The notes: generated by a model not told the origin, from the letters alone. A stretch of DNA of 64,000 nt from Octopus vulgaris (GCA_951406725.2 OX597815.1:39742001-39806000), one strand, 5' to 3'. Counted from the stretch's first letter, positions 1 through 14,984 are shown. Made by a program: numbers and translations.

Positions 1-1760
1 ATCACTGGTGCTTTTCCCCGGCATGAATCCAAACTGCATCTCATCTAAACTGACTCTCTCCCTAATTAGTTGGGCTATGACCCTCTCCGTGACCTTCATT
101 ACCTGATCCAACAACTTGATACCTCTGCAATTATTTTTATCTAAAGCGTCACATTTACCTTTGTAGCAGTTGACTATAGTGCTGCTACACCAGTCATTGG
201 GTATGACTCAGTCATGTATCACCTGGTTTATTATATGGGTGACTAGGCTATAGCCGACACTGCCAAATATTTTGAGCATCTCTGCAGTGATTCCTGATGG
301 GCCAGGGTCTTTCCCTGTCTTCATACTCTTAATTGCTTTATCTACCAAGGTACTTTCAACTTGGATAGCTGGTCCCTCTGTTGATATTCGGCAGACTCTC
401 TTTTTCCCATTCCTTTTCTTTATTGAGCAACCTTTCATTGTGGTGTCTCCAAACCTCTCTCTTTGCAGCCTCATTTAAGTGCGAGTGAACCATCATCCAT
501 GCGGACACATTTCTCTCCAACAACATCACGGTTCACTCTCACACACTGTCTTGCAACACGAAATACCTCAAGTCTTTGGTACTCATGGCACAAAACATTG
601 GCAAATTTTTTCTTATCTGCTTCCCCTCTGGCCAAATAAACCTGTCTCCTAGCTTCCCTTCTGGCAGTCTAATACAATTCCCTGCTACCACCGTTCTTCC
701 AGTCCTTCCAAGCCCATTTCTTTTCTCTAATAGCACTGTCAACAACATTGTTCCACCACCACATTATTTTAGGTCGAGAGAGGACTTTGCACCATCCACA
801 GATCTGGTCAGTGGCCCTCAGCTAGTTGTCGTGTAGAAACCTCCAGTTGTCTTCTACACTGTGTGAAGCTATATCCCCTTCTATTTCGTCAAACGCTTCG
901 AGTAATACATCTCTAAATATTTGTCCATTTGCAGGATCTTAAGCAGCCATCTTTCCCTTTTTCTGGTGAGGATGTAGTCAATTTGGCTAGTGTGTCTGCC
1001 AGAACGGTAGGTGACTAGGTGACTCGCAGGTTTTCTGAAGTAAGTATTGCAAGCCATAAGATCATTTGCATCGCAGAACTCCAGCAGCCTGGTTCCCTCC
1101 TCATTGCGGAACCAAAACTGTAGCCTCCATGTACACCATGGAAGCCCCCTGTATGTTGTCCAACATGTCCATTGAAGTCACCAGCCACAAAGAGAAAGTC
1201 CCTGTCATTCGTCAATGAGGTAGTCTGCAAGAGGGTGTCATAGAATCGGTCTTTCTGTCTATTGGGTAGCCCCGGCTTAGGGGTATAGGTCGAGATAATG
1301 GTTGCTAACCCATGATGAAGCACTAATCTAATCTTAAGTATTCTGTCGCATACTCTGACGACTTCAATTATCTTATCCACCCATTTCTATGCAAGAAGTA
1401 TACCCATGCCCCCAACCCCATCAGTGTTCCCGGCCCAGAAAATCATGTACCTGTGTTCTTTGCCAGTGAGGAATCTAGCAGAACCTCCTATCGACATATC
1501 TCTGTTCAAGCATCTCAACAATCTCACCAGACCTACCTTTCAACTCTGAGTGTGTGGGACGTATGGGACGGGGGACAGCAGCTTCATGTACCTGAAAAGA
1601 AAGCTCGCATTTGGCAGAATTCAGAAACAAACAATAGCCTTCAGTTCAACCTGCATACACTACACTATCATATTTTTGCACTATATGATCACTATCTTAA
1701 ATAGGAGATAAACCCTAAGTAGGGGTGGGGATGGCGTAAAGCCTTTAGAAGTGTTCATGG
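1..1760 (-). mobile_element. RTE-clade LINE fragment (APE endonuclease and RT N-terminus), frameshifted
   Basis: Fragments AGDFNGHVG and KAIKSMKTGKDPGPSGITAEMLK; same family as 6729-9320 and 28761-30225. Confidence 0.88.
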
Positions 1761-1836
1761 GAGACAACCATGTGAGTGTGTATATATATCTATATATATG
1801 TATATGTATGTGCATATATATATATATATATTATAT

Positions 1837-2097
1837 ATCACGTGACCGTCCAGTCCATCAGATGTAGTTACACATCGCTGGTCACAATGCGTTCACATTG
1901 TTTTAGCCTTCGAATGACGCCACCCCACTGGCTAAGCGAGCAGGCCAACAGAAGAAAGAGTGGTGAAAGAGTGCAGCAGGGATCACCCCCCCCCCCTGCT
2001 GGAGCCTCGTGGAGCTTTTAGGTGTTTTCGCTCAATAAACACTCACAACGCCTGGTCTGGGAATCGAAACCGCGATCCTACGACCGCGAGTCCGCTG
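1837..2097 (-). mobile_element. tRNA-derived SINE, family A
   Basis: Reverse complement of the full copy at 22936; B-box GTTTCGATTCC. Confidence 0.8.
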
Positions 2098-2132
2098 TCA
2101 TCATCATGTATGATTATATATATGTATATGTA

Positions 2133-2176
<44 letters not shown>

Positions 2177-2204
2177 TAGATATATATGCATATATATATT
2201 GCTT

Positions 2205-2708
2205 ACGAAGACCTGTTGAGGCAAGAGAAATCAAAATCACAGACATGGCCAATAGCAGTACCACCTGATTGGCACTCGTGCCAGTGGAACGTTAGAAACA
2301 CCATCTGAGCGAGATCGTTGCCAGGGCTGCTAACTGGCTCCCATAGCAGTGACATGTGAAAATTACCATTCAAGCATGATCGTTGGAAGTGTGGATTTAC
2401 TGGCACGTGAAAAACAACATTCAAGCGTGGTTGTTGCCAGTCACGCGGGACTGGCTCCAATGCAGGTGGCACATCAAAAACACCTTTTGAGCATGGTCGT
2501 TGCCAGTACCGCCTGACTGGGCCTTATGCCAGTGGCACATAAAACCACCAACTACACTCTCGGAGTGGTTGGCATTAGGAAAGGCATCTAGCTGCAGAAA
2601 CTTTGTCAGATCAGATTGGAGCCTGGTGCATCCTTCTGGCTTGCCAGTCCTCAGTCAAACCATCCAACCCATGCCAGCATGGAAAGCGGACATCAAACAA
2701 TGATGATG

Positions 2709-2714
<6 letters not shown>
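2205..2714 (+). mobile_element. RTE LINE 3' UTR with (TGA)n tail
   Basis: Shared GGTTGGCATTAGGAAGGGCATC...CCATGCCAGCATGG and (TGA)n end, also found attached to RTE RT at 6729. Confidence 0.8.
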
Positions 2715-2749
<35 letters not shown>

Positions 2750-2780
2750 GTATATATGATCATCTACATATATATATGTA

Positions 2781-2821
<41 letters not shown>

Positions 2822-2827
2822 ATGTAT

Positions 2828-3205
2828 AGGTGCAGGAGTGACTGTGTGGTAACTAGCTTGCACACCAACCACATGATTCCAGGTTCAGTCTCACTGTGTG
2901 GCATCTTGGGCAAGTATCTTCTACAATAGTCTAGAGTCGACCAAAGCCTTGTGAGTAGATTTGGAAGACAGAAACTGAAAGAAGTCCGTCATATATATGT
3001 ATGTTTGTGTTTCCATGTTTGATCCCACCAACATCACTTGACAACTGATGGTGGTGTGTTTATGTCCCTCTAATTTAATGGTTCAGCAAAAGAGACTGAC
3101 AGATTAAGTACAAAGCTTACAAAGAATAAATCCCAGGATTGATTTGCTCGACTAAAGGTGGTGCTCCTGCATTGCAACAGTCAAATGACTGAAACAAGTA
3201 AAAAA
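2828..3205 (+). mobile_element. tRNA-derived CORE-like SINE, family B
   Basis: Same as 17521-17915; CTTGGGCAAGT core. Confidence 0.8.
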
Positions 3206-3223
3206 AGTACATGAATATATATA

Positions 3224-3434
3224 TCATCATCATCATCGTTTAACGTCTGTTCTCCATGCTAGCATGGGTTGGACGGTTCGACCGGGGATCTGGGAAGCCA
3301 GAAGGCTGCACCAGGCTCCAGTCTTATCTGGCAATGTTTCTACAGCTGGATGCCCTTCCTAACGCCAACCACTCCGTGAGTGTAGTGGGTGCTTTTTACG
3401 TGCCACCTGCACAGGAGCCAGGCGAGGCTGGCAA
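3224..3434 (-). mobile_element. RTE 3' end, 5'-truncated
   Basis: (CAT)n-CGTTTAACGTC...GCCCTTCCTAACGCCAACC. Confidence 0.8.
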
Positions 3435-3490
3435 ATATATATATATTTATATTTATTGTCATACTCTCCAAACATTTATTGTCATACTTT

Positions 3491-3529
<39 letters not shown>

Positions 3530-3705
3530 CAAAAAAGGGAAATAACATAGATTACTACCAGTGGCCCAGCACAAAAGACGAATTAGTCATTAGACAAAAT
3601 ATTATTCATATAGAAATATAATTAAGGGCTCCTAAATAAGGATGCCAAGTGCTAGGGACACAAAAAAGGGATAAATTCATCGAGAGTGAAAATCAAAATC
3701 ATTTA

Positions 3706-3896
3706 CCAGTGTCGGTGGCACATAAAATCACCCACTACACTCTCGGAGTGGTTGGCGTTAGGAAGGGCATCCAGCTGTAGAAACACTGCCAGATCTGACT
3801 GGCCTGGTGTAGCCTTCGGGCTTGCCAGACCCCAGTTGAACCGTCCAACCCATGCTAGCATGGAAAGCGGACGTTAAACGATGATGATGATGATGA

Positions 3897-3900
<4 letters not shown>
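3706..3900 (+). mobile_element. RTE 3' end, 5'-truncated
   Basis: Same tail motif ending in (GAT)n. Confidence 0.8.
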
Positions 3901-3933
<33 letters not shown>

Positions 3934-4011
3934 TATTCTGTTGTGTCTGGAGAGAGTCATTTTCTTTTTGTACCTTACAATGTAAATTTCCACTTATTTC
4001 ATATTTTTATT

Positions 4012-4097
4012 CTTCTAAAATTTTCATTGCTTCTTACAACCTTTTCAATAGTTTTGACTCTCAAAACTATTGAAAAGGTTGCAAGAAATTTTAGAAG
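4012..4097. repeat. Inverted repeat (27-bp arms 4031-4057 and 4061-4087, 3-nt loop), probably a Penelope inverted-pLTR junction
   Basis: ttcttacaaccttttcaatagttttga-ctc-tcaaaactattgaaaaggttgcaagaa, one mismatch, with further outer pairing. Confidence 0.85.
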
Positions 4098-4584
4098 TTT
4101 TATAGTTGACTTAGGATATGACTTGACAGTTATAAGTAATATCAGGTATGGTGTGTATTTAAAACAATTTTCTTTTCTTTTGTGTGAGAATGATATTAAA
4201 CTAGAGAATGTAGTAAACAGGAGGCTGCTAGAATGCAACGAGAACAACAGTTAGGTGTAGAAGATGCTTACAGAGCTACATATAATGGAGTTGTGTAAGA
4301 GCTTATGTTCATTAGTGTGAATTAAATATATGGTAAAAAAATACAAAATAGGAAATTAGTTGTTAATATTACAGAACGCAGTAAATAATTACAGTGGCTA
4401 TAACAATTAAAAATAACATTCTAAGGCATAATAGATATAGTAAAAACTATAATTAACAATGTAGGGGAGATAATATGGCTAATTTATGCATAAATAAAAA
4501 TGTGACTTAAGAAGTTAGGTTGGCATAAAGTGAGAGGGAAGAATATAATAATATATAATTCAACCTTTTCACACAAACATACAC

Positions 4585-5040
4585 ATCATCATCATCATCA
4601 TCATCATCGTTTAGCGTCCGTTTTCCATGCTAGCATGGGTTGGACGGGTCAACTGGGGTCTGTGAAGCTGGAAGGCTTCGTCAGGCCCAGTCAGATCTGG
4701 CAGTGTTTCTACGGCTGGATGCCCTTCCTAACGCCAACCACTCCGCGAGTTTAGTGGGTGTTTTTTACGTGCCACCTGCACAGGTGCCAGACAGAGCTGG
4801 CGAACGGCCACGAACGGATGGTGCTTTTACGTGTCACCGGCACGGGGCCAGGCGATGCTGGCAACGGACACGAACGGATGGTACTTTTACGTGCCACCGA
4901 CATGGGGCCAGACAGAGCTGGCAACCGGCCACGAACGGACGGTGCTTTTACGTGTCACCGGCACGGGGGCCAGCCGAGGCTGGCAACGGACGTGAACGGA
5001 TGGTGCTTTTACGTGCCACCGACACGGTTGCCAGACAGCA
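4585..5040 (-). mobile_element. RTE 3' end containing about 5 tandem 55-62-bp units
   Basis: Repeated GGCAACGG...GAACGGATGGTGCTTTTACGTGYCACC between 4760 and 5040. Confidence 0.85.
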
Positions 5041-5326
5041 TATATATATATATTGATATATAAATATATGTTTGTTTGTTCCTTCTCGAGCCATGCCTGG
5101 CTTATAAGGGCCAGTATCCCAGTTTCCTTGCTGTATAGGTTCCCCATCTGGACGCAGGAGGAAAGAGTGAAAGTTGTGGTGAAAGACTCTGCACAAGTTC
5201 GCCATTACCTTCTGATGAATATATTTATATATGTATATATTAATAATATATATGATTATATATGAATATATATATTATATATATATATGATTATGTATGA
5301 ATATATATATATTTGATTATATATGA

Positions 5327-5356
<30 letters not shown>

Positions 5357-5357
<1 letters not shown>

Positions 5358-5530
5358 GTGAGAGTCTACGAAAAATACAAAAGATGAAGACAGGTGGTGT
5401 ACAAAACAAACAGATGTATTAGTCTAACGCTCAGGAATAGAAAAAGTCTTTTACATTTCGAGCCTAAGCTCTTCTACAGAAAGGGACGCAGAAAAAAACA
5501 AGGAGAGAAAAAAAATGTGTGTAGTGGCTG
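5357..5530 (-). mobile_element. Penelope-pLTR-like repeat with a degenerate hammerhead motif; second copy at 63855-63958
   Basis: Shared TACGAAAA..CAAAAGAYGAAG..AGGTGG.GTACAAA...CGCTCAGGAATAG with the copy at the window end. Confidence 0.6.
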
Positions 5531-5557
5531 TGTATATATCATTATATATTTATATAG

Positions 5558-5825
5558 TAGAGGCACATGGCCCACTGGTTAGAGCAGTGAACTCGTGGTC
5601 AAAGGATCACGGGTTTGAATCTCAGACCGGGCGATGTGTGTGTTTATGGGCGAAACACCTAAGCTCCACGCAGCTCTGGCAGAAGGTAATGGCGAACTTG
5701 TGCAGAGTCTTTCACCACAACTTTCACTCTTTCCTCCTGCGTCCAGATGGGGAACCTATACAGCAAGGAAACTAGGATACTGGCCCTTATAAGCCAGGCA
5801 TGGCTCGAGAAGGAACAAACAAACA
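5558..5825 (+). mobile_element. tRNA-derived SINE, family A variant
   Basis: A-box-like TGGCCCACTGG, B-box GTTTGAATC, (AAAC)n tail. Confidence 0.75.
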
Positions 5826-5855
5826 TATATTTATATATCAATATATATATATATG

Positions 5856-5910
<55 letters not shown>

Positions 5911-6014
5911 TGCATACATGAATATATACATATATATATATATATATATATGTATATACATTCATATATATATATATATATATACATATGTATGAATATA
6001 TATTTAAATATATG

Positions 6015-6273
6015 GTTCATGCTGGTGGTACATAAAAGCACCAACCGATCGTGACCATTGCCAGCCTCCTCTTGCCCCTGTGCCGGTGGCACATAAAAAG
6101 CACCCACTACACTTACAGAGTGGTTGGCATTAGGAAGGGCATCCAGCTGTAGAAACACTGCCAGATCAAACTGGAGCCTGGTGCAGCCTCTTGGCTTCCC
6201 AGACCTGGCCAAACCATTCAATACATGCTTCTTCTTCTTCTTCTTCTTCTTCTTCTTCTTCTTCTTCTTCTTC
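6015..6273 (+). mobile_element. RTE 3' end followed by a (TTC)n tract
   Basis: Same 3' UTR motif as other copies. Confidence 0.7.
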
Positions 6274-6602
6274 TTCCCTACCAAGAATTCACAATAACCT
6301 CGAAAACACAAAAGTAAACAAGAGGCAAAAACAGGCAGAAGCAAGGAAAATGCCACTTGTATTTGAACACAATGTAAATATTCTTTTAAAAATCCTTTAC
6401 ATTTAATTTTCCCAAAATTTAATTGTTTTCCATACTTACAGTTGAAAAAGTATCAATGGCTGAAACTGGTACTGAAATGTCTTTTATAAAATTATTTTAG
6501 CATTTTCTACCTTGACATTTTTTTCCATATATATCAACTCGCGTGTTCCTTGTGTATATATATGTATATATATACATGTATATATATTTATATATATATG
6601 AA

Positions 6603-6636
<34 letters not shown>

Positions 6637-6683
6637 CATATATATGAATATAAATATATATGAAAAAATATATATATATATAC

Positions 6684-6728
<45 letters not shown>

Positions 6729-6734
<6 letters not shown>

Positions 6735-9320
6735 GATTATAGTTTAACATCAGTTTTCCATGCTAGCATGGGTTGGACGGTTCAACCGGGGTCTGGGAAG
6801 CCAGGAGGCTGCACCAGACTCCAGTCTAATCTGGCAGTGTTTCTACAACTGGATGCCCTTCCTAACGCCAACCACTCCATGAGTGTAGTGGGTGCTTTTT
6901 ATGTGCTACCAGCACTGGTATCACAACTACAATTTCCATTTGATTTTTATTTTGATGTTGATGTACTTGACTCAATAGGTCTCCTCAAGCATAGCAGGTC
7001 ACCGTAGAATCCAAGGTTAGCACAGCAGGCCGTCCTGTGAGTCATGAACTCACTTCATTTGTCAGGTCTTCGCAGTCACAGCATATCTCCACAGGTCTCA
7101 GTCTTTCATCATAGCCTCTGTGAGGCCAAACGTTCAAAGATCATGCTTCACCACCTCATCCCATGTCTTCCTGAGTCTACCTCTACCCTGGATTCCTTCA
7201 ACAGTTTGGAAGTGGCACACATCTCTCCTCATCCATCTGTAGTACACGATCATACCAATGCAAACATCTCTCCTGCACACCACATCTGATGTTTCTTATG
7301 TCTAACATTTTTCTCAGGGTGCTTACACTCTGTCGTGCATGCACACTGACATTACACATCCATCGGAGCATGCTAGCTTCGTTTCTTTTGAACCTACACA
7401 TGCCCTCCGCACTCATGGCTCATGTTTCACTACTGTGAAGCATGCCGGTTTGCACATATGCATCATACAATCTACCTTTCACTCTGAGCGAGAGACCCTT
7501 TGTCGCCAGTAGGGGAAGAAGCTTTCTAAACTTTGCCCAGGCTATTCTTATTCTAGTGGTAACACTCTCTGAGCATCCACCCGCCACTACTAACTTGGTC
7601 ACCTAGGTAGCAGAAACTATCAACTACTTCTAGATTCTCCCCCTGGAGTGTGATGGAATCTGTTTTCTAAGTATCTGTGGTGTCTATTGCCCCTGTGCAT
7701 CTTCTGCACACGAAAGTTATCTTCTCGGTTAATTTTCCTTTGATGTTGCTGCACCTCTTATATGTCCATAACTTACACTGGGTACATCTTATGGAGTTTC
7801 TACCAACACCTTTTCTACAGATCGAGCAGCAGGTGTGTGATGAGTTTGCCTTCCTACTTATTAGAACTTTGGTCTTTGCTACACAGGCTCTAAGGCCTTT
7901 TGATTCTAAACCTAGCTTCCACACACGAAATTTCTTTTCTAGTTCCGGTAATGATTCTGCTATGAGGGCCAGGTCATCAGCATAGAGGAGCTCCCAGGGG
8001 CAACCCATCTTGAATTCCTCTGTTATTGCCTGGAGGACTATGATGAATAAAAGGGGACTGAGGGCTGAACCTTGGTGGACCCCTACTTCTACCCAGAATT
8101 CTTCACTATACTCATTGTCAATCCTAACCTTACTATACAGCCTTTCTGTAAAGGGCCTGTACAGCCCTAATTAACCATTCATCAATCTCCAGTTTCCACA
8201 TCGCCTACCAGATAAGGAATAGGGGGACCCTGTCAAAGGCTTTCTACAAGTTCACAAAAGCTAAGTATAGGTGTTTATCTTTAGCTAGTTATTTCTTCTG
8301 CAGTTGTTGAACCAGGAATATGGCATCAGTGGTGCTTCTACCCAGCACAAAACCAAACTTCATCTCATCTAAGCAGGCTCTCTCCCTCATGAGATGGGCT
8401 ATGATCCTCACCGTGTCCTTCATCACCTGATGCAGCAGTTTGATACCCCTGTAGTTATTTCTATCTAGAGCATCACCTTTACCCTGTAGCAGTTGACTAT
8501 GGTGCTACTACGCCAGTTGATGGGTATGGCTCCATCATGAACTACCTGGTTTACAATGCGGATGACTAGGCCATCACATCACCAGATGTTTTAAGCATCT
8601 CAGCAATGATTCCTGATGGGCCGGGAGCTTTTCTTGGTTTCATACCCTTAATTGCTTTATCTACTAGGGAGCTGTCTATTCAGATAGCTGGTCCCTCTAC
8701 TGGGTCAACATTTGGCAGGCTCTCCTCTTCCCATTCATTCTCCACATTCAACTCTTTCATAATGGCTTCTCCAAACCTCCTTCTTTTCCAAATCATTAAA
8801 AGTAAGTGCACCATCATCCATGTGGACGCATTTCTCCCCTGTGATATCACAATTTTCTCTCACACACTGTCTTGCAATTCACAATACCTCAGTTCTTTGG
8901 TCCTCACATCGCTGGACATTGGCAAACTTCTTTTCTGCTTCGCTCTTGGCTATGTACATCTGCTGCCCACCCTCCCTTTTGGCTACCTGGTACAGTTCCC
9001 TGCTACCCCCACCCTTCCAGGCTTTCCATGCCTGTTTCTTTGCTCTAATGGCTTTGTCTACCATACTTATCCACCACCACGTAACTCTAGGTCTGGAAGG
9101 GACTTTGCGCCAACCACAGACTTGGTCTGTGGCACTCAGCAAGCTGTCCCGTAGGAATTTCCAGCTACCTTCTATGTCTGATGTCTGTAGTTCCTCCTCC
9201 CTCTCCTCAAATTTGATGAGGATGTCCCTAAATCTCTGACCACGTGAATGGTTCTTTAGCTTCCAAATCCTTCTTTTTTGGTCTGCTTCTTGATGTCCTT
9301 TTGGCCTCGAGTTTAAAGTC
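6729..9320 (-). mobile_element. RTE-clade LINE (RT through 3' UTR), degraded
   Basis: CPWELLYADDLALIAES, RIRIAWAKFRKLLPLL, MLRWMCNV fragments contiguous with the (TGA)n-tailed UTR. Confidence 0.92.
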
Positions 9321-9384
9321 ACTAATGAGTAGCCTATGCTACTATAGATATGAATATATTTATGTATATGAATATATATATATA

Positions 9385-9433
<49 letters not shown>

Positions 9434-9536
9434 ATATATACATATATATACATATATACATATATTCATATGCATATTAATATGTCTACATATACATATA
9501 TATATATGTGTGTGTTCAGAATGTGTTCCTGGATTC

Positions 9537-10080
9537 TCAGAACCTTCCAGTCAAGAGATTCCCACACCATTATCCTTCTTTTCTCGACTTTTGCCGACCT
9601 CACCTTGAATACTGCTGTCCACTGTGGTCTCCCTACACAAAACAGAATATTATGAAAATTGAAGCTCCCCAAAGGTCAATCACGAAAAAGATAGATGGCA
9701 TGTCAGTCCTTGACTACTGGGGTAGACTGGAAAAGCTGAAACTGTATTCGCTCCAACAACGCCGTGAACGCTACATTATCTGTATGATGTGGAAAATTTT
9801 CCATCACCACTGTCCAAATGATGTTGGCATCACCTTCAAAACACATCCAAGACTTGGACCCCGTGCCATCCGTTCACAACAAAAATCTAAATCGCTTCTC
9901 ATAACAACAATACGGCACAATTATTTCACCTCAATTGGCCCCGCTCTCTTCAACATTACACCAGGACACATCAAAGCAGAAACTAACCACACAAAATTTA
10001 AGAAGTCTTTGGACAAATTCCTTCAAACAGTCCCAGACAAACCACCCACACCCAGATATGTGTCCACAAACAATAACTTT
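9537..10080 (+). mobile_element. CR1/L2-group LINE ORF2 C-terminal fragment
   Basis: [14 protein letters not shown]...YWGRLEKLKLYSLQQRRERY. Confidence 0.88.
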
Positions 10081-10425
10081 AGCAGTAATTACAGCTAAAA
10101 TTCTATGAAATATGGATTCGTACAAAGTTTGAATTGTATCCAAAGGAATTTTTGTCCATTATTCAGCTAAAATATTCTCCAGTTCTTGTAGTGATGATGG
10201 TGGAGAATATCATCTCTTTACTTGTTTTTCTAAAATGCATCATAGACATTCAATAATATTGAGGTCTGGGGACTGCGGTGGCCAGATAAGATGTTCAACT
10301 TCACTAGAATGTTCCTCATGCCATTCAGTAACAACTTTAGCTGTGTGAACTGGTGCATTATCATCCTGAAACATTGTGTTTTCCTCTGGAAACAGTTCTG
10401 CAAACATAGAATGAATGTGATCAGA
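10080..10425 (-). mobile_element. Tc1/mariner transposase fragment
   Basis: FQDDNAPVHTA...WPPQSPDLNIIE; same family as 34097-34955. Confidence 0.85.
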
Positions 10426-10429
10426 ATGT

Positions 10430-11690
10430 GGGTGTTATTCTAAGCAAGAAAGAGGTGGTGGAGAGGAAGAAGAAGACGTAGAAGAAGAATGATTAGGAGA
10501 AGAAGAGAAAGAATAATAAAAGAATGCAGGAGTGGTATGGTAGTTGTAGGATGTTAAATGGTCAAGTGCCCTGAAAGTGGTTTGTTGTGGATGGTAGTAG
10601 AGATTGAATTCTTGAGGTATCTGTTTTGAATGTATTGTTATTAATATTTGTGTGGGTGTTATTCTAAGCAGCATTAGTAAAGTAAGGAAGGAGGTGGCGG
10701 AGAGGAAGAAAAAGACGTAGAAGAAGAATGAGTAGGAGAAGAAGAGAAAGAATAATAAAAGAATGCAGGAGTGGCGTGATTATAGTAGGATGTTAAATGG
10801 TCGAGTGATCTAAATGTGTATCGTTGTGGATTATAGTAGTGACTGGGACTGTTCTTAATGAATTTTGGGGTATCTCTTTTGAATGTATCATTTTTAATAT
10901 TTGCGTGTGTGTTATTCTAAGGTCGTGGTGGATATGTCATTTGTTGTAAATGCATTCAAAAGGGATCTGTATTTTTGGATAAAGAATGACTCTTTATTAA
11001 TTCGTTGGCTACAGGTTGTATCAGCCCCGAATTGATAGAGGGGAAAAATTCTGAAGCTTGGATTTATGTTATTTGCGCAAATGTCAATGACTACTACCAT
11101 CCACGAGTCACTTTTAGGGCTCGTCTATATAGGCACATACCCGTATACTCTTATTGCTTTTTTTTTATACCTTTTTACACATTTTTCTGTATTTTGCCTT
11201 TAGCCCTGTTTTTTCTTGTGCATGTGCGTATATAGACGTGAGCACGAACCTGTTTTGTGCGAGCGGGTATGTATATATTTATTGGCGAATGTGTGGGTGA
11301 GCATGTGTTTGTTTCAAGTGAGGGTGGATGAGTATATACTTATAGGCGCATGTACGTGAGTGCTCAGGGGCACATGTGTAGATATGGACATGCACGTTTA
11401 CGCGAATACTATGAACATTTTTACTTCCTTACCTTTACTCTCTCCTCTCACTTAGTGATCATTCTAATAGCTCTTTTGTAATTTTCCTTTGTTTAACGGT
11501 CATTTTCATAGCATTTTTTCGAAGGCCGAATAACTGAAGAGATGGCGGCGTGGGTTTCCGTCCCAACATCCGAAACTCGGAGTTTTATCATGGCTACCGA
11601 ATAATTGTCCCATATTATATTTACAGATAAATTCCTCTATTCACATACTATCGAGGTCTCTTTCATTCTTTTGTTGTCTTACCATTTCTA
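10430..11690. mobile_element. Penelope-like remnants: two ~225-bp tandem units, GIY-YIG C-terminus (-), hammerhead-bearing pLTR (+)
   Basis: CSQRINKESFFIQKYRSLLN on the minus strand; repeats at about 10432-10920; hammerhead motif 11530-11588. Confidence 0.6.
11530..11588 (+). ncRNA. Minimal type I hammerhead ribozyme motif
   Basis: ATAA CTGAAGA GATG..CATC C GAAA CTCGGAG TT TTAT: intact core, palindromic stem III. Confidence 0.6.
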
Positions 11691-11715
11691 ATCAATATAT
11701 ATATATATATATATA

Positions 11716-13741
<2,026 letters not shown>

Positions 13742-13790
13742 AATATATATATATATATTCAATATCTATAAAGCTGAAATGCGAAAAGTT

Positions 13791-13845
<55 letters not shown>

Positions 13846-13846
<1 letters not shown>

Positions 13847-14984
13847 TAGCACTATGACTCGGCGTTGCCGGGTCTAGTGCTAGGGCTTATTTTTCGGTGC
13901 CAGGCCGCAGTGAAAATCGTTCCATAAATCAAGAGCTAAGGTTCTTATCAGATTTCATCCCAGGCCAGTTTTGTTGCTTTTGAGCTGGACTTTGCCATTG
14001 GAACAGCACATGCCGGACGTTTCACCGGGCCACTTCATAGCGTTGCAGTGTTCGCAGATTGAGTGCATATTTCCAATGCGAATGTCGGTGCGAGAGGAGT
14101 AATTCGTCGTCGGAACGTAGTTGAAGGCCTTCATGCCCCAGAATTTAGGCTTTGGGCTTGAAATTTTAATGTTTTCCTCCCGTCGTGCAGCTGTAGCCTG
14201 CAACCTTGTGTGCCTCCGCTCGGGGCTTTCTGTTGATCGCGCGATGGCCGTGGCAGCAGCATCTTGAGAACAGCGGGCCTGTGTTTGTTCTGGAGTTTCG
14301 TCAGCCCTTGCGGTGGCCGTGGTAGCAGCATTTCGAGAATGACGAGCCTGTGTTTGTTTTGGAGTTTCAGCAGCCCTTGCGGTGACCGTGGCAGCTCATT
14401 CCGAGCTAATCGAATAGATCTATCTTGGGGCTCTTCATTGACCCTTCTGGCCCTCTTAGCCTCTGAATCAGCCGTCCTTCTCCCAATGTGAGGTCTCTTT
14501 TTTAGGGAGAATTTTGGATAATCAACAAAATGTAGGTGAACCGGAAATGGGTTTGGTTATGTGGACTGAGGTAACTAATTTCCAACAAACGTTACCACAC
14601 TTTTTTAGGTTTACTGAATCACAACAACAAAACGAAAATGGCAAAAGTGAGAACCGACTGGCAAACAAAGGGTAATTAAAAACAGGAGAAAAACTGGCTG
14701 ATCAAAACACAGTAATCAAAAAGTGGTATCAAACGAAAAAATGTTCTCTTATGTTAAAAAAAATATGTTAAAAAATACTCAAAACAATACTGAAAACCGA
14801 TTTAGGCAATACTCAAAACGTGTACTGATATCAAACACAAAACGGTTACTTCAAGAATGATAGCATAGCAAGCATATTTGGCCTTTCCTGAAAATCCTGC
14901 CTTTTCTTGGCGTTCACTTAGCCGTATTCGTTAATTATTTCTCACGTGTTCATGAACTGGCCTCTTAGTTTGCGCATTGAGTCA

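Noticed and set aside
4760-5040. CRISPR-like regular repeat
   Set aside because: Units are contiguous and degenerate with no unique spacers, lie inside a LINE 3' UTR, and there are no cas genes
5838-6406. Poly-Lys / poly-Ser ORFs
   Set aside because: They arise from a (TTC)n tract next to an RTE tail
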